Origin: an uncultured delta proteobacterium
GTDB lineage: Bacteria > Myxococcota > Myxococcia > Myxococcales > Anaeromyxobacteraceae
Length of the DNA: 64,000 bases
NCBI GenBank assembly: GCA_963845515.1
Contig: CAWJSR010000035.1
Span: forward strand, 1-64,000
Reading direction: 5' to 3'
Below the pieces are notes generated by a model. That model was not told where the DNA came from and did not search any database. It worked only from the letters and a program-made list of their open reading frames with translations. Positions 59,473-64,000 of the stretch are shown one piece after another (position 1 is the stretch's first letter; each line of letters opens with the position of its first letter). The position numbers and the translations under genes are program-made.

Positions 59473-61197
59473 ATGAACGACTACGAGAAGACCAAGGCCG
59501 AGCTCGTCCACGAGGTCACCGACCTTCGCAAGCGCCTCGCGGCGCTCGAGAGGGCGGCGCATGAACGCGTGCAGCTCGACGCCGACATCCAGGATGCCCG
59601 GGAATATGCCGAGAACATCGTCGAAACCGTGCGCGAGCCGCTGGTGGTGCTGAATTCCGACCTGAAGATCCTCACCGCCAACCACAGCTTCTACGATACC
59701 TTCAAGGTAACGCCCGAGGAAACCATCGGGAATTTCATCTACGACCTCGGCAACCGGCAATGGGACATTCCCAAGCTGCGGGTACTCTTTGAGGAGATCC
59801 TCCCCCATGATACCGTGATCAACGGCTATGAGGTCGAGCATGATTTTCCCGGCATCGGCCGCAAGATCATTCTGCTCAACGCCCGGCAGATCTTCCGGGA
59901 AAATATCGGCTCACACATCATCCTCCTGGCCATGGAGGACATCACCGAACGCAAGCAGTTGGAAACGGAGATCCAGGATGCCCGGGAATATGCCGAGAAC
60001 ATCGTCGAGACCGTGCGCGAGCCGCTGGTGGTGCTGAATTCCGACCTGAAGATCCTCACCGCCAACCAGAGCTTCTACGATACCTTCAAAGTAACGCCCG
60101 AGGAAACCATCGGGAATTTCATCTACGACCTCGGCAACCGGCAATGGGACATTCCCAAGCTGCGGGTGCTCTTTGAGGAGATCCTCCCCCATGATACCGT
60201 GTTCAATGGCTATGAAGTCGAGCATGATTTTCCCGGTATCGGCCGCAAGATCATTCTGCTCAACGCCCGGCAGATCTTCCGGGAAAATATCGGCTCCCAC
60301 ATCATCCTCCTGGCCATGGAAGACATTACCGAACGCAAGCTGGTGGAGGAGCGGATCAGCGAGGTCATCCGGCAGCAGCAGGCCATTCTCGACAATATCC
60401 CCAACATCGCCTGGCTCAAGGACAGGAAGGGAAGGTATGTCGCGGTAAACGATCCCTTCGGCAAGGCGTTCGGCAATGACACCGAAGGATCTGGTCGGGA
60501 AGAACGATTACGATATCTATCCGCCGGGAACTTGCCGTGAAATACGAGACAGGACTTCAGGGAGGTCATGGCGACCGGCACGCGCACCTATTTCGAGGAG
60601 TCCGCTCGTCGACCGGGACGGGAAGATCCAGTACGTGGAGAAGATCGAAACGCCCATCTTTAACGACGCCGGAGTGGTCATCGGGATCATCGGCATCGCC
60701 CATGACATTACCAGCCGCAAGGAAGTGGAAGTGCACGCTCCGTCACGACAGCACCCACGACATGCTGACCGGCCTCTATAACCGGGCGTTTTTCGACGAA
60801 GAGCTGGAACGGCTCTCCCACGGCAGGATGTTTCCCGCTGAGCATCGTGATGGCCGATGTAAACGGTCTGAAAACGGTCAATGATACCCTGGGGCATGAA
60901 GCGGGAGACCAGCTGATCCGGCTGGCGGCCCGGATCATCCTGGGGGCCTTCCGGGCCGAGGACATCGTGGCCCGGATCGGGGGAGACGAGTTTGCCGTTC
61001 TTCTTCCGGGGACGCCGGCACCGGTCGCGGAGCAGGCGATCGTCCGGATCATGGCGAGCCCCGAGGTCGCAGGCAGTCAGGTGAGCATCGCCTTCGGCCT
61101 GGCCACCGCAGAGTCCAGGGATCAGCTCGACGGCGCGCTCAAGCTGAGCGACGAGCGGATGTACCTGGACAAGACCGAGCAGAAGGCCTCCTCGTGA
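59473..61197 (+). CDS. PAS-PAS-PAS/PAC diguanylate cyclase (several frameshifts at 60470-60840)
   Basis: Two near-identical PAS domains, third PAS (NIAWLKD...GIAHDIT), HDMLTGLYNR, DVNGLKTVNDTLGH, RAED I-site, GGDEF. Confidence 0.88.
59587..60340. repeat. Intragenic 370-bp duplication (59587-59956 and 59971-60340; period 384 bp)
   Basis: Manual alignment shows 11 substitutions, 9 of them synonymous. Confidence 0.92.
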
Positions 61198-61265
61198 GGG
61201 GCCTCACCCGCTCCCCACGCCCTCCCCTCTCCCCCGCCGGAGCGGAGGAGAGGGACTCGGGGGAG
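61194..61265. repeat. REP-like palindrome (copy 4)
   Basis: GTGAGG-GG-CCTCAC and CCCTCTCC...GGAGAGGG hairpins at a convergent junction. Confidence 0.6.
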
Positions 61266-61278
61266 CTGGCTGGGCGCG

Positions 61279-64000
61279 TCAGGCCAGGACGAAGATCAGG
61301 TCGTCCTTCTCGATCTTGTCCCCTTCCTTGAACTTCACCTCGCCGACGATGCAGTCGGCCTTGGCCTTGATGTTGGTCTCCATCTTCATGGCCTCGGTGA
61401 CCATCAGGACGCGCGCCGGCGGCGACCTTGTCGCCCGGCTTGACCGCGACCTTGACGACCTTGCCCGGCATCGGCGCGCCGACGTGGAGCGGGTTGCCCT
61501 TGTCGGCCTTCGGCCGCGTCACGCTGGTGGTCGCCGCCGCCTGGTCGCGGATCGTGACCGAGCGCCCGTCGCCGTTCAGCTCGAAGTAGAGGTCGCGCGT
61601 CCCGTCGGGATGCAGCTTCCCGATGGTGTTGAGCTTCACGATGAGCGTCTTGCCGGGCTCGATGTCGATCGAGGTCTCCTGCCCCGGCTCGAGGCCGTAG
61701 AGGAAGACCGGCGTCGGGATGACCGACGTGTCCGAGAACTCGTCCTTGTGCCGGTCGAGGTCGGGGTAGACGTTCGGGTAGAGCAGGTACGAGACGAGCG
61801 CCTTGGCGTCGATCGGGTGGCCGATCCGCGCCTCCGCCTTCTTGCGTCTCCGCGTCGAAGTCGACCGGCTCGATCAGCTCGCCCGGCCGGCTCGTGATCG
61901 GCTCGACCTCGCGGAGGATGATCTTCTGCAGCTCCGCCGGGAAGCCGCCGTGGAGCTGGCCGAGCATGCCCCGCGCGAAGCCGATGACCGACTCCGGGAA
62001 GGCGAGATCCTTCCCCTTCTCCGTGAAGAGGTCCTCCGGCTCGAGCCCGTTCTTCACGAGGAACATCGCCATGTCACCCACGACCTTCGACGACGGCGTC
62101 ACCTTGATGACGTCCCCGAAGAGCAGGTTGACCTTGCGGTACATGTCCTTGCACTCCTCCCACTTGTCGACGAGGCCGAGCCCGATGACCTGAGGTCTGT
62201 AGTTGGAGTACTGGCCGCCCGGGATCTCGTGCCGGTAGACCTCGGCGGTGCCGCTCTTGAGCCCGGACTCGAACGGCGCGTAGTACTCGCGGACCGTCTC
62301 CCAGTAGTTGGCGAGCAGCTGGAGGCCGTCCTCCTCCAGGTGGGAGTCCCACTCGGTCCCCTTGAGGGCGGCCACGAGGGAGTTGAGGTTGGGCTGCGCG
62401 GTCAGGCCCGAGAGGGAGGAGAGCGCCGCGTCGACGACGTCGACGCCCGCCTGCGCCGCCTCGAGGAGCGTCGCGCTGGCGATGCCCGAGGTGTCGTGCG
62501 TGTGCAGGTGGATCGGGAGCCCGACCTCCTGCTTCAGCGCCTTGACGAGCTTGCGGGCGGCGAAGGGCTTGAGGAGCCCGGCCATGTCCTTGATGCCGAG
62601 GAAGTGAGCCCCCATCGACTCGAGCTCCTTCGCCAGCTTCACGTAGTAGGTGAGCGGGTACTTGTCGCGCTTCGGGTCGGTGATGTCGCCCGTGTAGCAG
62701 ACCGCGGCCTCGAGGATCTTGTTCTGCTTGCGGACGGCCTCCATCGCGACCGCCATCCCCTTGGTCCAGTTGAGGGCGTCGAAGACGCGGAACACGTCGA
62801 TGCCGTTCTTCGCGGCCTCCTCGACGAAGCGCTGGACCACGTTGTCGGCGTAGTTGGTGTAGCCGACCGCGTTGGAGCCGCGCAGCAGCATCTGGAAGAG
62901 GACGTTGGGGATGGCCTGCCGCAGCTTCACGAGCCGATCCCAGGGATCCTCCTTGAGGAACCGCATCGCGACGTCGAAGGTGGCGCCGCCCCACATCTCG
63001 AGCGAGAAGAAGCCCGCGCCGTAGTGGCTGGTGGCGGGGGCGATCTTGAGCAGGTCGTGCGTGCGGACGCGGGTCGCGAGGAGCGACTGGTGCGCGTCGC
63101 GCATCGTGGTGTCGGTGAAGAGCAGCTTCTTCTGCGCCCGCACCCACTTCGCCACGGCCTCCGGCCCCTCGGCGAGGAGCAGGTCCCGCGTCCCGCGGGG
63201 GCGCGCTGCGTTCGCGTCGATCTTCGGGACCCGCGGCTCGCCCAGCTCGGCCGACTTGAGCGGCCTCGCGACGCCCTGGGAGCCGTTCACCGTCACCTCG
63301 CCGAGGAACTTCAGGAGCTTCGTGCCACGGTCCTTCTTCTGCGGGACCTGGAGGAGCTCGGGGTGCGCCTCGATGAACGAGGTGTCGCACTTCCCCGCGA
63401 GGAACTCGGGGTGCGATCATCACGTTCTCGAGGAACGCGATGTTGGTCTTCACGCCACGGACCCGGAACTCCTGCAGCGACGCGGTGCATGATGTGGGCG
63501 GCGGCCTTGAGGTCGAGCCCCCAGGTCGTCACCTTCACCAGCATCGAGTCGTAGTGCGGCGTGATCACCGCGCCGACGAAGGCCGAGCCGGCGTCGAGGC
63601 GGACGCCGAACCCGCCGGGGCTGCGGTAGGCCTTCAGGACCCCGAAGTCGGGGGCGAAGCCGTTCTGCGGATCCTCGGTCGTGATCCGGCACTGGATCGC
63701 GACGCCGCGCATCTGGACGTCGTCCTGGCTCTTGATGCCGATCTCGGGGTCGGAGAGCTTCTTCCCCTGCGCGATGAGGATCTGCGCGGTGACGAGGTTC
63801 CGTCCGGTGATCGCCTCGGTGACGGTGTGCTCCACCTGGATGCGCGGGTTCACCTCGATGAAGTAGTGCTTGCCCTCCTGGTCCAGGAGGAACTCGACCG
63901 TGCCGGCGTTCAGGTAGTTGACGCTCTTCGCGATCTTGAGCGCGTCGCCGCAGATCGCCTGGCGCTGCCCTTCGCTGAGCGCGAGCGACGGGGCGAACTC
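61279..64000 (-). CDS. pyc: Pyruvate carboxylase (5' part outside the window; several frameshifts)
   Basis: NAGTVEFL, EVNPRIQVEH, DTTMRDAHQSL, EMWGGATFD, IKDMAG, HTHDT, HEIPGGQYSN, KVTPSSKVVGD, EAMKMET biotin motif. Confidence 0.96.

Noticed and set aside
59587..60340. Diversity-generating retroelement template/variable repeat pair
   Set aside because: Differences are not adenine-specific, are mostly synonymous, both copies are in frame, and no reverse transcriptase is present.
61279..64000. Programmed frameshifting or split subunits in pyc
   Set aside because: Several breaks at irregular positions inside conserved domains with no slippery sites; consistent with sequencing errors.

Overview
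High-GC bacterial chromosome segment. Gene content (triheme c7-type cytochrome, tetraheme cytochrome, ackA-pta, 2-oxoacid:ferredoxin oxidoreductase, MCP, myxobacterial-type RAYT) suggests an anaerobic Anaeromyxobacter-like Myxococcota genome; this is inferred, not verified. Many single-base frameshifts, even in pyruvate carboxylase, point to uncorrected sequencing indels rather than real decay. Layout: (1-9.8 kb) an uncharacterised lipid or small-molecule biosynthetic cluster with two rifampicin-phosphotransferase-like PEP-utilising dikinases, a UbiA-like membrane enzyme, a GNAT-like protein, an MMPL/RND exporter, and a BtaA/DUF3419 SAM aminocarboxypropyl transferase tightly coupled to a Psd-type decarboxylase. 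This is the best candidate for an undescribed system. (10-13 kb) three-gene glycerol-3-phosphate-dehydrogenase-like module. (16-26 kb) trehalose/glucan osmoprotection cluster including a membrane-anchored OtsA. (27-53 kb) mostly metabolic and housekeeping genes. (53.7-61.2 kb) plasticity zone: RAYT with flanking micro-repeats and a 5'-truncated gene, a 513-bp gene fragment between 35-bp direct repeats, and a PAS-GGDEF gene with a foreign-looking core and a recent PAS duplication. The window ends inside pyc. No rRNA, tRNA or CRISPR array was seen.
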